A stretch of 64,000 nt of DNA from Eledone cirrhosa (GCA_964016885.1 OZ024742.1:345402001-345466000), one strand, 5' to 3'; numbered from the stretch's first letter, positions 1-14,330 are shown. The notes: a model not told the origin generated them from the letters alone. Translations and numbers: made by a program.

Positions 1-3000
1 AGTTCCTCCCAGCCTCCGGCAGTTCCTCCAAAACCTCCTTCACTTCCTTCCAGCCTCCTACAGTTCCTTCCAGCCTCCTGCAGTTCCTTCCAGCCTCCTC
101 CAGTTCCTCCCATCCTCCTTCAGTTCCTTCCAGCCTCCTGCAGTTCCTCCCAGCCTCCTGCAGTTCCTCCCAGCCTCCTTCAGTTCCTTCCAGCCTCCTG
201 CAGTTCCTTCAAGCCTCCTGCAGTTCCTCCCAGCCTCCTGCAGTTCCTTCCAGCCTCCTACAGTTCCTCCCAGCCTGCTTCAGTTCCTTCCAGCCTCCTA
301 CAGTTCCTTCCAGCCTCCTGCAGTTCCTCCCAGCCTCCTGCAGTTCCTTCAAGCCTCCTGCAGTTCCTCGCAGCCTCCTGCAGTTCCTTCCAGCCTCCTA
401 CAGTTCCTCCCAGCCTGCTTCAGTTCCTTCCAGCCTCCTGCAGTTCCTTCAAGCCTCCTGCAGTTCCTCCCAGCCTCCTTCAGTTCCTTCCAGCCTCCTA
501 CAGTTCCTCCCAGCCTGCTTCAGTTCCTTCCAGCCTCCTACAGTTCCTTCCAGCCTCCTGCAGTTCCTCCCAGCCTCCTGCAGTTCCTTCCAGCCTCCTG
601 CAGTTCCTCCTAGCCTGCTTCAGTTCCTTCCAGCCTCCTACAGTTCCTCCCAGCCTGCTTCAGTTCCTTCCAGCCTCCTGCAATTCCTTCCAGCCTCCTG
701 CAGTTCCTCCCAGCCTCCTGCAGTTCCTCCCAACCTCCTTCAGTTCCTTCCAGCCTCCTGCAGTTCCTCCCAGCCTCCTGCAGTTCCTCCCAGCCTCCTA
801 CAGTTCCTTCCAGCCTCGTGCAATTCCTTCCAGCCTCCTGCAATTCCTCCCAGCCTCCTGCAGTTCCTCCCAGCCTCCTACAGTTCCTTCCAGTCTCCTT
901 CAGTTCCTCCCAACCTCCTTCAGTTCCTTCCAGCCTCCTGCAGTTCCTCCCAGCCTCCTTCAGTTCTTTCCAGCCTCCTTCAGTTCCTTGCAGCCTCCTG
1001 CATTTCCTTCCAGCCTCCTTCAGTTCCTTCCAGCCTCCTACAGTTCCTTCCAGCCTCCTGCAGTTCCTTCCAGCCTCCTGCAGTTCCTTCAAGCCTCCTG
1101 CAGTTCCTCCCAGCCTCCTGCAGTTCCTTCCAGCCTCCTACAGTTCCTTCCAGCCTCCTGCAGTTCCTCCAAGCCTCCTGCAGTTCCTTCCAGCCTCCTT
1201 CAGTTCCTTCCAGCCTCCTGCAGTTCCTTCCAGCCTCCTGCAGTTCCTCCCAGCCTCTTGCAGTTCCTCCCAGCCTCTTGCAGTTCCTCCCAGCCTCTTG
1301 CAGTTCCTCCCAGCCTCCTGCAGTTCCTCCCAACTTCCTTCAGTTCCTTCCAGTCTCCTACATTTCCTTCCAGCCTCCTGCAGTTCCTCCCAGCCTCTTG
1401 CAGTTCCTCCCAGCCTCTTGCAGTTCCTCCCAGCCTCCTGCAGTTCCTCCCAACTTCCTTCAGTTCCTTCCAGTCTCCTACATTTCCTTCCAGCCTCCTT
1501 CAGTTCCTTCCAGCCTCCTGCAGTTCCTCCCAGCCTCTTGCAGTTCCTCCCAGCCTCTTGCAGTTCCTCCCAGCCTCCTGCAGTTCCTCCCAACTTCCTT
1601 CAGTTCCTTCCAGACTCCTACAGTTCCTCCCAGCCTCCTTCAGTTCCTTCCAGCCTCCTGCAGTTCCTTCCAGCCTCCTGCAGTTCCTCCCAGCCTCCTT
1701 CAGTTCCTCCCAACCTCCTTCAGTTCCTTCCAGCCTCCTGCAGTTCATCCCAGCCTCCTTCAGTTCCTTCCAGCCTCCTGCAGTTCCTCCCAGCCTCCTG
1801 CAGTTCCTCCCAACCTCCTTCAGTTCCTTCAAGCCTCCTGCAGTTCCTCCCAGCCTCCTTCAGTTCCTTCCAGCCTCCTGCAGTTCCTCCCAGCCTCCTG
1901 CAGTTCCTCCCAACCTCCTTCAGTTCCTTCCAGCCTCCTGCAGTTCCTTCCAGCCTCCTGCAGTTCCTTCCAGCCTCCTGCAGTTGCTCCCAGCCTCCTG
2001 CAATTCCTCCCAGCCTCCTTCAGTTCCTTCCAGCCTGCTGCAGTTCCTCCCAGCCTCCGGCAGTTCCTCCAAAACCTCCTTCACTTCCTTCCAGCCTCCT
2101 ACAGTTCCTTCCAGCCTCCTGCAGTTCCTTCCAGCCTCCTCCAGTTCCTCCCATCCTCCTTCAGTTCCTTCCAGCCTCCTGCAGTTCCTCCCAGCCTCCT
2201 GCAGTTCCTCCCAGCCTCCTTCAGTTCCTTCCAGCCTCCTGCAGTTCCTTCAAGCCTCCTGCAGTTCCTCCCAGCCTCCTGCAGTTCCTTCCAGCCTCCT
2301 ACAGTTCCTCCCAGCCTGCTTCAGTTCCTTCCAGCCTCCTACAGTTCCTTCCAGCCTCCTGCAGTTCCTCCCAGCCTCCTGCAGTTCCTTCAAGCCTCCT
2401 GCAGTTCCTCGCAGCCTCCTGCAGTTCCTTCCAGCCTCCTACAGTTCCTCCCAGCCTGCTTCAGTTCCTTCCAGCCTCCTGCAGTTCCTTCAAGCCTCCT
2501 GCAGTTCCTCCCAGCCTCCTTCAGTTCCTTCCAGCCTCCTACAGTTCCTCCCAGCCTGCTTCAGTTCCTTCCAGCCTCCTACAGTTCCTTCCAGCCTCCT
2601 GCAGTTCCTCCCAGCCTCCTGCAGTTCCTTCCAGCCTCCTGCAGTTCCTCCTAGCCTGCTTCAGTTCCTTCCAGCCTCCTACAGTTCCTCCCAGCCTGCT
2701 TCAGTTCCTTCCAGCCTCCTGCAATTCCTTCCAGCCTCCTGCAGTTCCTCCCAGCCTCCTGCAGTTCCTCCCAACCTCCTTCAGTTCCTTCCAGCCTCCT
2801 GCAGTTCCTCCCAGCCTCCTGCAGTTCCTCCCAGCCTCCTACAGTTCCTTCCAGCCTCGTGCAATTCCTTCCAGCCTCCTGCAATTCCTCCCAGCCTCCT
2901 GCAGTTCCTCCCAGCCTCCTACAGTTCCTTCCAGTCTCCTTCAGTTCCTCCCAACCTCCTTCAGTTCCTTCCAGCCTCCTGCAGTTCCTCCCAGCCTCCT

Positions 3001-6000
3001 TCAGTTCTTTCCAGCCTCCTTCAGTTCCTTGCAGCCTCCTGCATTTCCTTCCAGCCTCCTTCAGTTCCTTCCAGCCTCCTACAGTTCCTTCCAGCCTCCT
3101 GCAGTTCCTTCCAGCCTCCTGCAGTTCCTTCAAGCCTCCTGCAGTTCCTCCCAGCCTCCTGCAGTTCCTTCCAGCCTCCTACAGTTCCTTCCAGCCTCCT
3201 GCAGTTCCTCCAAGCCTCCTGCAGTTCCTTCCAGCCTCCTTCAGTTCCTTCCAGCCTCCTACAGTTCCTTCCAGCCTCCTGCAGTTCCTTCCAGCCTCCT
3301 GCAGTTCCTTCCAGCCTCCTTCAGTTCCCTCCAGCCTCCTACAGTTCCTTCCAGCCTCCTGCAGTTATTCCCAGCCTCCTGCAGTTCCTCCCAGCCTCCT
3401 GCAGTTCCTCCCAGCCTCCTACAGTTCCTTCCAGCCTCCTGCAGTTCCTCCCAGCCTACTGCAGTTCCTTCCAGCCTCCTGCAATTCCTTCCAGCCTCCT
3501 GTAATTCCTCCCAGCCTCCTACAGTTCCTTCCAGCCTCCTTCAGTTCCTTCCAGCCTCCTGCAGTTCCTTCAAGCCTCCTGCAGTTCCTCCCAACCTCCT
3601 TCAGTTCCTTCCATCCTCCTGCAGTTCCTTGCAGCCATCTTCAGTTCCTTCCAGCCTCCTGCAGTTCCTTCCAGCCTCCTGCAGTTCCTCCCAGCCTCCT
3701 TCAGTTCCTTCCAGCCTCCTGAAGTTCCTCCCAGCCTCCTGCAGTTCCTCCCAGCCTCCTACAGTTCCTTCCAGCCTCCTTCAGTTCCTCCTAACCTCCT
3801 TCAGTTCCTTCCAGCCTCCTGCAGTTCCTCCCAGCCTCCTACAGTTCCTTCCAGCCTCCTTCAGTTCCTCCCAACCTCCTTCAGTTCCTTCCAGCCTCCT
3901 GCAGTTCCTTCCAGCCTCCTGCAGTTCCTCCCAGCCTCCTGCAGTTCCTCCCAGCCTCCTTCAGTTCCTTCCAGCCTCCTGCAGTTCCTCCCAGCCTCCT
4001 GCAGTTCCTCCCAGCCTCCTACAGTTCCTTCCAGCCTCGTGCAATTCCTTCCAGCCTCCTGCAGTTCCTCCCAGCCTCCTACAGTTCCTTCCAGCCTCCT
4101 TCAGTTCCTCCTAACCTCCTTCAGTTCCTTCCAGCCTCCTGCAGTTCCTCCCAGCCTCCTACAGTTCCTTCCAGCCTCCTTCAGTTCCTCTCAACCTCCT
4201 TCAGTTCCTCCCAGCCTCCTCCAGTTCCTTCCAGCCTCCTTCAGTTCCTCCCAGCCTCCTGAAGTTCCTCCCAACCTCCTGCAGTTCCTTCCAGCCTCCT
4301 TCAGTTCCTCCCAGCCTCCTTCAGTTCCTTCCAGCCTCCTGCAGTTCCTCCCAGCCTCCTGCAGTTCCTCCCAGCCTCCTACAGTTCCTTCCAGCCTCCT
4401 GCAATTCCTTCCAGCCTCCTGCAATTCCTCCCAGCCCCCTTCAGTTCCTTCCAGCCTCCTGCAGTTCCTTCAAGCCTCCTGCAGTTCCTCCCAGCCTCCT
4501 TCAGTTCCTTCCAGCCTCCTACAGTTCCTTCCAGCCTCCTGCAGTTCCTTCCAGCCTCCTGCAGTTCCTTCCAGCCTCCTACAGTTCCTTCCAGCCTCCT
4601 GCAGTTCCTTCCAGCCTCCTGCAGTTCCTTCCAGCCTCCTGCAGTTCCTTCCAGCCTCCTACAGTTCCTTCCAGCCTCCTTCAGTTCCTTCCAGCCTCCT
4701 GCAGTTCCTTCCAGCCTCCTGCAGTTCCTTCCAGCCTCCTGCAGTTCCTTCCAGCCTCCTACAGTTCCTTCAAGCCTCCTGCAGTTCCTCCCAGCCTCCT
4801 TCAGTTCCTCCCAGCCTCCTACAGTTCCTTCCAGCCTCCTTCAGTTCCTTCCAGCCTCCTGCAGTTCCTCCCAGCCTCCTGCAGTTCCTCCCAGCCTCCT
4901 TCAGTTCCTTCCAGCCTCCTACAGTTCCTTCCAGCCTCCTACAGTTCCTCCCAGCCTCCTTCAGTTCCTTCCAGCCTCCTACAGTTCCTTCCAGCCTCCT
5001 TCAGTTCCTTCCAGCCTCCTGCAGTTCCTTCCAGCCTCCTGCAGTTCCTTCCAGCCTCCTACAGTTCCTTCCAGCCTCCTTCAGTTCCTTCCAGCCTCCT
5101 GCAGTTCCTTCCAGCCTCCTGCAGTTCCTTCCAGCCTCCTGCAGTTCCTTCCAGCCTCCTACAGTTCCTTCAAGCCTCCTGCAGTTCCTCCCAGCCTCCT
5201 TCAGTTCCTCCCAGCCTCCTACAGTTCCTTCCAGCCTCCTTCAGTTCCTTCCAGCCTCCTGCAGTTCCTCCCAGCCTCCTGCAGTTCCTCCCAGCCTCCT
5301 TCAGTTCCTTCCAGCCTCCTACAGTTCCTTCCAGCCTCCTACAGTTCCTCCCAGCCTCCTTCAGTTCCTTCCAGCCTCCTACAGTTCCTTCCAGCCTCCT
5401 TCAGTTCCTTCCAGCCTCCTGCAGTTCCTTCCAGCCTCCTGCAGTTCCTCCCAGCCTCCTGCTGTTCCTCCCAGCCTCCTGCAATTCCTTCCAGCCTCCT
5501 ACAGTTCCTCCCAGCCTCCTGCAGTTCCTTCCAGCCCCCTTCAGTTCCTTCCAGCCTCCTGCAGTTCCTTCAAGCCTCCTGCAGTTCCTCCCAGCCTCCT
5601 TCAGTTCCTTCCAGCCTCCTACAGTTCCTTCCAGCCTCCTGCAGTTCCTTCCAGCCTCCTGCAGTTCCTTCCAGCCTCCTACAGTTCCTTCCAGCCTCCT
5701 GCAGTTCCTTCCAGCCTCCTGCAGTTCCTTCCAGCCTCCTGCAGTTCCTTCCAGCCTCCTACAGTTCCTTCCAGCCTCCTTCAGTTCCTTCCAGCCTCCT
5801 GCAGTTCCTTCCAGCCTCCTGCAGTTCCTTCCAGCCTCCTGCAGTTCCTTCCAGCCTCCTACAGTTCCTTCAAGCCTCCTGCAGTTCCTCCCAGCCTCCT
5901 TCAGTTCCTCCCAGCCTCCTACAGTTCCTTCCAGCCTCCTTCAGTTCCTTCCAGCCTCCTGCAGTTCCTCCCAGCCTCCTGCAGTTCCTCCCAGCCTCCT

Positions 6001-9000
6001 TCAGTTCCTTCCAGCCTCCTACAGTTCCTTCCAGCCTCCTACAGTTCCTCCCAGCCTCCTTCAGTTCCTTCCAGCCTCCTGCAGTTCCTTCCAGCCTCCT
6101 GCAGTTCCTCCCAGCCTCCTGCTGTTCCTCCCAGCCTCCTGCAATTCCTTCCAGCCTCCTACAGTTCCTCCCAGCCTCCTGCAGTTCCTTCCAGCCTCCT
6201 GCAGTTCCTCCCAGCCTCCTGCTGTTCCTCCCAGCCTCCTGCAATTCCTCCCAGCCTCCTTCAGTTCCTTCCAGCCTCCTGCAGTTCCACCCAGCCTCCT
6301 GCAGTTCCTCCCAGCCTCCTGCAGTTCCTTCCAGCCTCCTGCAGTTCCTTCCAGCCTCCTGCAGTTCCTCCCAGCCTCCTGCAATTCCTTCCAGCCTCCT
6401 GCATTACCTCCCAGCATCCTTCAGTTCCTTCCAGCCTCCTGCAGTTCCTCCCAGCCTCCTGCAGTTCCTTCCAGCCTCCTTCAGTTCCTTCCAGCCTCCT
6501 CCATTTTCTCCCAGCCTCCTTCAGTTCCTTCCAGCCTCCTACAGTTCCTTCCAGCCTCCTGCAGTTCCTCCCAGCCTCCTGCAGTTCCTCCCAGCCTCCT
6601 ACAGTTCCTTCCAGCCTCCTGCAATTCCTTCCAGCCTCCTGCAATTCCTCCCAGCCTCCTTCAGTTCCTTCCAGCCTCCTTCAGTTCCTTCCAGCCTCCT
6701 TCAGTTCCTTGTAGCCTCCTGCAGTTACTTCCAGCCTCCTTCAGTTCCTTCCAGCCTCCTACAGTTCCTTCCAGCCTCCTGCAGTTCCTTCCAGCCTCCT
6801 TCAGTTCCTCCCAGCCTCCTACAGTTCCTTCCAGCCTCCTTCAGTTCCTCCCAACCTCCTTCAGTTCCTTCCAGCCTCCTACAGTTCCTTCCAGCCTCCT
6901 GAAGTTCCTCCCAGCCTCCTGCAGTTCCTCCCAGCCTCTTTCAGTTCCTCCCAGCCTCCTGCAGTTCCTCCCATCCTCCTTCAGTTCCTCCCAGCCTCGT
7001 GAAGTTCCTCCCAGCCTCCTTCAGTTACTCCCAGCCTCCTGAAGTTCCTCCCAGCCTCCTGCAGTTCCTCCCAGCCTCCTTCAGTTCCTTCCAGCCTCCT
7101 TCAGTTCCTTCCAGCCTCCTGCAGTTCCTCCCAGCCTCCTGAAGTTCCTCCCAGCCTCCTGCAGTTGCTTCCAGCCTCCTGCAGTTCCTTCCAGCCTCCT
7201 TCAGTTCCTCCCAACCTCCTTCAGTTCCTTCCAGCCTCCTGCAGTTCCTTGCAGCCACCTTCAGTTCCTTCCAGCCTCATGGAGTTCCTTCCAGCCTCCT
7301 TCAGTTCCTCCCAGCCTCCTGCAGTTCCTCCCAGCCTCCTGCAGTTCCTTCCAGCCTCCTGCAGTTCCTCCCAGCCTCCTGCAGTTCCTTCCAGCCTCGT
7401 GCAGTTCCTCCCAGCCTCCTGCAGTTCCTCCCAGCCTCCTGCAGTTCCATCCAGCCTCCTGCAGTTCCTTCCAGCCTCCTTCAGTTCCTCCCAGCCTCCT
7501 GCAGTTCCTTCCAGCCTCCTACAGTTCCTTCCTACCTCCTGCAGTTCCTTCCAGCCTCCTTCAGTTCCTCCCAGCCTCCTACAGTTCCTTCCAGCCTCCT
7601 ACAGTTCCTTCCTACCTCCTGCAGTTCCTTCCAGCCTCCTTCAGTTCCTCGCAGCCTCCTACAGTTCCTTCCAGCCTCCTGCTGTTCCTTCCAGCCTCCT
7701 ACAGTTCCTTCCAGCCTCCTACAGTTCCGTCCTACCTCCTGCAGTTCCTCCCAGCCTCCTGCAGTTCCTTCCAGCCTACTGCAGTTCCTTCCAGCCTCCT
7801 ACAGTTCCTTCCTACCTCCTACAGTTCCTTCCAGCCTCCTGCAGCTCCTTCCTACCTCCTGCAGTTCCTTCCAACGTCCTTCAGTTCCTTCCAGCCTCCT
7901 GCAGTTCCTTCCAGCCTCCTGCAATTCCTTCCAGCCTCCTGCAATTCCTCCCAGCCCCCTTCAGTTCCTTCCAGCCTCCTGCAGTTCCTTCAAGCCTCCT
8001 GCAGTTCCTCCCAGCCTCCTTCAGTTCCTTCCAGCCTCCTACAGTTCCTTCCAGCCTCCTGCAGTTCCTTCCAGCCTCCTGCAGTTCCTTCCAGCCTCCT
8101 ACAGTTCCTTCCAGCCTCCTGCAGTTCCTTCCAGCCTCCTGCAGTTCCTTCCAGCCTCCTGCAGTTCCTTCCAGCCTCCTACAGTTCCTTCCAGCCTCCT
8201 TCAGTTCCTTCCAGCCTCCTGCAGTTCCTTCCAGCCTCCTGCAGTTCCTTCCAGCCTCCTGCAGTTCCTTCCAGCCTCCTACAGTTCCTTCAAGCCTCCT
8301 GCAGTTCCTCCCAGCCTCCTTCAGTTCCTCCCAGCCTCCTACAGTTCCTTCCAGCCTCCTTCAGTTCCTTCCAGCCTCCTGCAGTTCCTCCCAGCCTCCT
8401 GCAGTTCCTCCCAGCCTCCTTCAGTTCCTTCCAGCCTCCTACAGTTCCTTCCAGCCTCCTACAGTTCCTCCCAGCCTCCTTCAGTTCCTTCCAGCCTCCT
8501 ACAGTTCCTTCCAGCCTCCTTCAGTTCCTTCCAGCCTCCTGCAGTTCCTTCCAGCCTCCTGCAGTTCCTCCCAGCCTCCTGCTGTTCCTCCCAGCCTCCT
8601 GCAATTCCTTCCAGCCTCCTACAGTTCCTCCCAGCCTCCTGCAGTTCCTTCCAGCCTCCTGCAGTTCCTCCCAGCCTCCTGCTGTTCCTCCCAGCCTCCT
8701 GCAATTCCTCCCAGCCTCCTTCAGTTCCTTCCAGCCTCCTGCAGTTCCACCCAGCCTCCTGCAGTTCCTCCCAGCCTCCTGCAGTTCCTTCCAGCCTCCT
8801 GCAGTTCCTTCCAGCCTCCTGCAGTTCCTCCCAGCCTCCTGCAATTCCTTCCAGCCTCCTGCAATACCTCCCAGCATCCTTCAGTTCCTTCCAGCCTCCT
8901 GCAGTTCCTCCCAGCCTCCTGCAGTTCCTTCCAGCCTCCTTCAGTTCCTTCCAGCCTCCTCCATTTTCTCCCAGCCTCCTTCAGTTCCTTCCAGCCTCCT

Positions 9001-12000
9001 ACAGTTCCTTCCAGCCTCCTGCAGTTCCTCCCAGCCTCCTGCAGTTCCTCCCAGCCTCCTACAGTTCCTTCCAGCCTCCTGCAATTCCTTCCAGCCTCCT
9101 GCAATTCCTCCCAGCCTCCTTCAGTTCCTTCCAGCCTCCTTCAGTTCCTTCCAGCCTCCTTCAGTTCCTTGTAGCCTCCTGCAGTTACTTCCAGCCTCCT
9201 TCAGTTCCTTCCAGCCTCCTACAGTTCCTTCCAGCCTCCTGCAGTTCCTTCCAGCCTCCTTCAGTTCCTCCCAGCCTCCTACAGTTCCTTCCAGCCTCCT
9301 TCAGTTCCTCCCAACCTCCTTCAGTTCCTTCCAGCCTCCTACAGTTCCTTCCAGCCTCCTGAAGTTCCTCCCAGCCTCCTGCAGTTCCTCCCAGCCTCTT
9401 TCAGTTCCTCCCAGCCTCCTGCAGTTCCTCCCATCCTCCTTCAGTTCCTCCCAGCCTCGTGAAGTTCCTCCCAGCCTCCTTCAGTTACTCCCAGCCTCCT
9501 GAAGTTCCTCCCAGCCTCCTGCAGTTCCTCCCAGCCTCCTTCAGTTCCTTCCAGCCTCCTTCAGTTCCTTCCAGCCTCCTGCAGTTCCTCCCAGCCTCCT
9601 GAAGTTCCTCCCAGCCTCCTGCAGTTGCTTCCAGCCTCCTGCAGTTCCTTCCAGCCTCCTTCAGTTCCTCCCAACCTCCTTCAGTTCCTTCCAGCCTCCT
9701 GCAGTTCCTTGCAGCCACCTTCAGTTCCTTCCAGCCTCATGGAGTTCCTTCCAGCCTCCTTCAGTTCCTCCCAGCCTCCTGCAGTTCCTCCCAGCCTCCT
9801 GCAGTTCCTTCCAGCCTCCTGCAGTTCCTCCCAGCCTCCTGCAGTTCCTTCCAGCCTCGTGCAGTTCCTCCCAGCCTCCTGCAGTTCCTCCCAGCCTCCT
9901 GCAGTTCCATCCAGCCTCCTGCAGTTCCTTCCAGCCTCCTTCAGTTCCTCCCAGCCTCCTGCAGTTCCTTCCAGCCTCCTACAGTTCCTTCCTACCTCCT
10001 GCAGTTCCTTCCAGCCTCCTTCAGTTCCTCCCAGCCTCCTACAGTTCCTTCCAGCTTCCTACAGTTCCTTCCTACCTCCTGCAGTTCCTTCCAGCCTCCT
10101 TCAGTTCCTCGCAGCCTCCTACAGTTCCTTCCAGCCTCCTGCTGTTCCTTCCAGCCTCCTACAGTTCCTTCCAGCCTCCTACAGTTCCGTCCTACCTCCT
10201 GCAGTTCCTCCCAGCCTCCTGCAGTTCCTTCCAGCCTACTGCAGTTCCTTCCAGCCTCCTACAGTTCCTTCCTACCTCCTACAGTTCCTTCCAGCCTCCT
10301 GCAGCTCCTTCCTACCTCCTGCAGTTCCTTCCAACGTCCTTCAGTTCCTTCCAGCCTCCTGCAGTTCCTCCCAGCCTCTTGCAGTTCCTTCCAGCCTCCT
10401 GCAGTTCCTTCCAGACTCCTGCAGTTCCTTTCAGCCTCCTGCAGTTCCTTCCTACCTCCTGCAGTTCCTTCCTACCTCCTGCAGTTCCTTCCAGCCTCCT
10501 GCAGTTCCTTCCAGCCTCCTGCAGTTCCTTCCAGCCTCCTGCAGTTCCTTCCAGCCTACTGCAGTTCCTTCCAGCCTCCTGCAGTTCCTCCCAGCCTCCT
10601 GCAGTTCCTTCCAGCCTACTGCAGTTCCTTCCAGCCTCCTGCAGTTCCTCCCAGCCTCCTGCAGTTCCTTCCAGCCTACTGCAGTTCCTCCCAGCCTCCT
10701 GCAGTTCCTTCCAGCCTCCTGCAGTTCCTTCCAGCCTCCTGCAGTTCCTCCCAGCCTCCTGCAGTTCCTCCCAGCCTCCTTCAGTTCCTCCCAGCCTCCT
10801 GCAGCTCCTTCCAGCCTCCTGCAGTTCCTTCCAGCCTCCTGCAGTTCCTCCCAGCCTCCTGCAGTTCCTCCCAGCCTCCTTCAGTTCCTTCCAGCCTCCT
10901 GCAGTTCCTCCCAGCCTCCTGCAGTTCCTTCCAGCCTCCTGCAGTTCCTCCCAGCCTCCTGCAGTTCCTCCCAGCCTCCTGCAGTTCCTCCCAGCCCCCT
11001 GCAGTTCCTTCCAGCCTCCTGCAGTTCCTCCCGGCCTCCTTCACTTCCTCCCAGCCTCCTGCAGTTCCTTCCAGCCTCCTGCAGTTCCTTCCAGCCTCCT
11101 GCAGTTCCTTCCAGCCTACTGCAGTTCCTTCCAGCCTCCTGCAGTTCCTCCCAGCCTCCTGCAGTTCCTTCCAGCCTACTGCAGTTCCTTCCAGCCTCCT
11201 GCAGTTCCTCCCAGCCTCCTGCAGTTCCTTCCAGCCTACTGCAGTTCCTCCCAGCCTCCTGCAGTTCCTTCCAGCCTCCTGCAGTTCCTTCCAGCCTCCT
11301 GCAGTTCCTCCCAGCCTCCTGCAGTTCCTCCCAGCCTCCTTCAGTTCCTCCCAGCCTCCTGCAGTTCCTTCCAGCCTCCTGCAGTTCCTTCCAGCCTCCT
11401 GCAGTTCCTCCCAGCCTCCTGCAGTTCCTCCCAGCCTCCTGCAGTTCCTTCCAGCCTCCTGCAGTTCCTCCCAGCCTCCTGCAGTTCCTCCCAGCCTCCT
11501 GCAGTTCCTCCCAGCCTCCTGCAGTTCCTTCCAGCCTCCTGCAGTTCCTCCCAGCCTCCTTCAGTTCCTTCCAGCCTCCTGCAGTTCCTCCCAGCCTCCT
11601 GCAGTTCATTCCAGCCTCCTGCAGTTCCTCCCAGCCTCCTGCAGTTCCTCCCAGCCTCCTGCAGTTCCTTCCAGCCTCCTGCAGTTCCTCCCAGCCTCCT
11701 TCAGTTCCTAGTTCCTTCCAGCCTCCTGCAGTTCCTCCCAGCCTCCTGCAATTCCTTCCAGCCTCCTTCAGTTCCTTCCAGCCTCCTGCAGTTTCTCCCA
11801 GCCTCCTGCAGTTCCTTCCAGCCTCCTGCAGTTCCTCCCAGCCTCCTACAGTTCATTCTAGCCTCCTACAGTTCCTCCCAGCCTACTGCAGTTCCTTCCA
11901 GCCTCCTGCAGTTCCTCCCAGCCTCCTACAGTTCCTCCCAGCCTTATGCAATTCCTTCCAGCCTCCTTCAGTTCCTTCCAGCCTCCTGCAGTTCCTCCCA

Positions 12001-12014
12001 GCCTCCTACAATTC
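1..12014. repeat. 20-bp minisatellite array, consensus CAGTTCCTYCCAGCCTCCTD (D = G/T/A), about 600 units, open at window start
   Basis: Continuous 20-nt periodicity with two common variant positions; ends at ...gcctcctacaatt. Confidence 0.98.
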
Positions 12015-12105
12015 CCCGTGAATGGGGGTGGGTAACTTTGCATATCGAGGTTGATAAATAAAGTCCTACCAACTGATTCTTTATCTATATTTCTCTTTCA
12101 CAGTT

Positions 12106-12420
<315 letters not shown>

Positions 12421-12886
12421 CCACTCCCTATCTTACTCTTTCTTTGTCTCTAGAAGAAAATAGGCTATGTTCCCACCTAGAGTCTGACGAGCTTTGTCAA
12501 ATTTAAGTGCCCAAGACACGTCAAGGTGTGCTGGTGAGATTAAGGGTGTCTGGGTGCTTGCATTAGGTATATCAAATGTCATATACACTCGTGGCATAAC
12601 CTCTTAAATGTTTCTATAAATAAGCATGCTTCGTTACAAATAAGATCCAGAGATTAACACAATACGATTCATCAATGAAAATAAATATGGTTAATCACCT
12701 ATGTCGTGGTGTGTAGTAGCTTATTGCGTCTATTTCATTATTTTTTCTCTTATATCTCACATCTTTTCAAACAGACAATAGTATTTCCCTTATGTAACAT
12801 ACGATCTCGTTCACACGAGTCTTTTGATTACTAAGACGCAACAACACGAAAATGTCAGGAATTTGTTTTCGTGGGTTATTTCATTT

Positions 12887-12892
<6 letters not shown>

Positions 12893-12967
<75 letters not shown>

Positions 12968-13154
12968 TAGTTTATATATATATACATATATACATATATA
13001 TACATATATATATATATACATATGTATATATATATATACATATATATATATACATATATATAGTTTGTATATATATATATATATATATATACATATACGT
13101 ATATATATAGTTTATATATATATATACATATACGTATATATATATTAATTTCTG

Positions 13155-13253
<99 letters not shown>

Positions 13254-13366
13254 GTTTATATATATACATATACATATACGCATATATATAGTATATATAT
13301 GTATATATATATATATATATACATACATACATATACATACATATACATACATACATATATATATAC

Positions 13367-13452
<86 letters not shown>

Positions 13453-13510
13453 TATATATGTTTGCGTGTAAGTACGTTTACAATCGAAGTGTTGTGTTTC
13501 AGAAATCAAA

Positions 13511-13581
<71 letters not shown>

Positions 13582-13582
13582 T

Positions 13583-13612
<30 letters not shown>
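12893..13612. repeat. Compound (TA)n/(TACA)n microsatellite
   Basis: Direct inspection. Confidence 0.95.
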
Positions 13613-13613
<1 letters not shown>

Positions 13614-14003
13614 TCCACAAATATCACTTATTAACTATTAACAGAAAACGTGCAGAAGTGCTGAACGAAGTATTCCAATATCGAGTATGTTTTTATATCG
13701 ACATTTTCTATTTAGAAACTGAACATCACATTCCTGTATCAACAATAATATTTACCGCCAGCAGCTATTTACGTTTCATGTAGAAATCATACAAACTTGA
13801 AGATATATTCAACAGTTTTTGAATAGAATAGAGCCAAAGTAAAGTGTTATCAATGTAATGATTCATTATTTCACATATCTACGGTTGCAAATCATTGACA
13901 TATCCTTATTGTAATATTCTGTGGTCACTGTGTGTTTTGGATCTTACAACATCCCCGCTCAATCAGTTGATCCAAACCATGTTGTTCAAATTTCAGTCTG
14001 TCT

Positions 14004-14330
14004 CCTTCTTCTTCGCTCACTTATTCATGAGAGGGTCGTGGGGGCTGAGTCCTCAAACACTCCCTCCAGTGGGTCCAATCAGAAGCAACCGTCTCTAACT
14101 GATCCAGCTGGATCCCAAAGCAAGACCAACCAAGTTCATGGAAGTTACCCAACCATCTTGCTCGAGGTCTACCCTTGGGTTTCCTACTTGTTGGTTTTGC
14201 CCGTAAAATCTGTCCAGCAATTCTTTCTTGAGATATTCTAACTACATGCCTATAGTATCAGAGCTGTGATCTGTCACTTTGCTGAAGTAGCCGCTCTACC
14301 ATGTGACATAACTACTACTAACCCCATCGA
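14004..14330 (-). mobile_element. RTE-clade LINE 3' end fragment with short (GAA)n tail
   Basis: Minus strand reads RKPKGRPRARWLG..ELGWSCFGI..ETVASD..W, an RTE C-terminal pattern; homologous to 31.6-31.9 kb and 53.3-53.5 kb. Confidence 0.7.

Noticed and set aside
1-12014. CRISPR-like array
   Set aside because: Repeats are contiguous with no unique spacers, no cas genes, and a eukaryotic context
610-12061. Long ORFs (up to 1098 aa) in the first 12 kb
   Set aside because: Artefact of a stop-free 20-bp repeat; all frames give the same peptide and there is no unique domain
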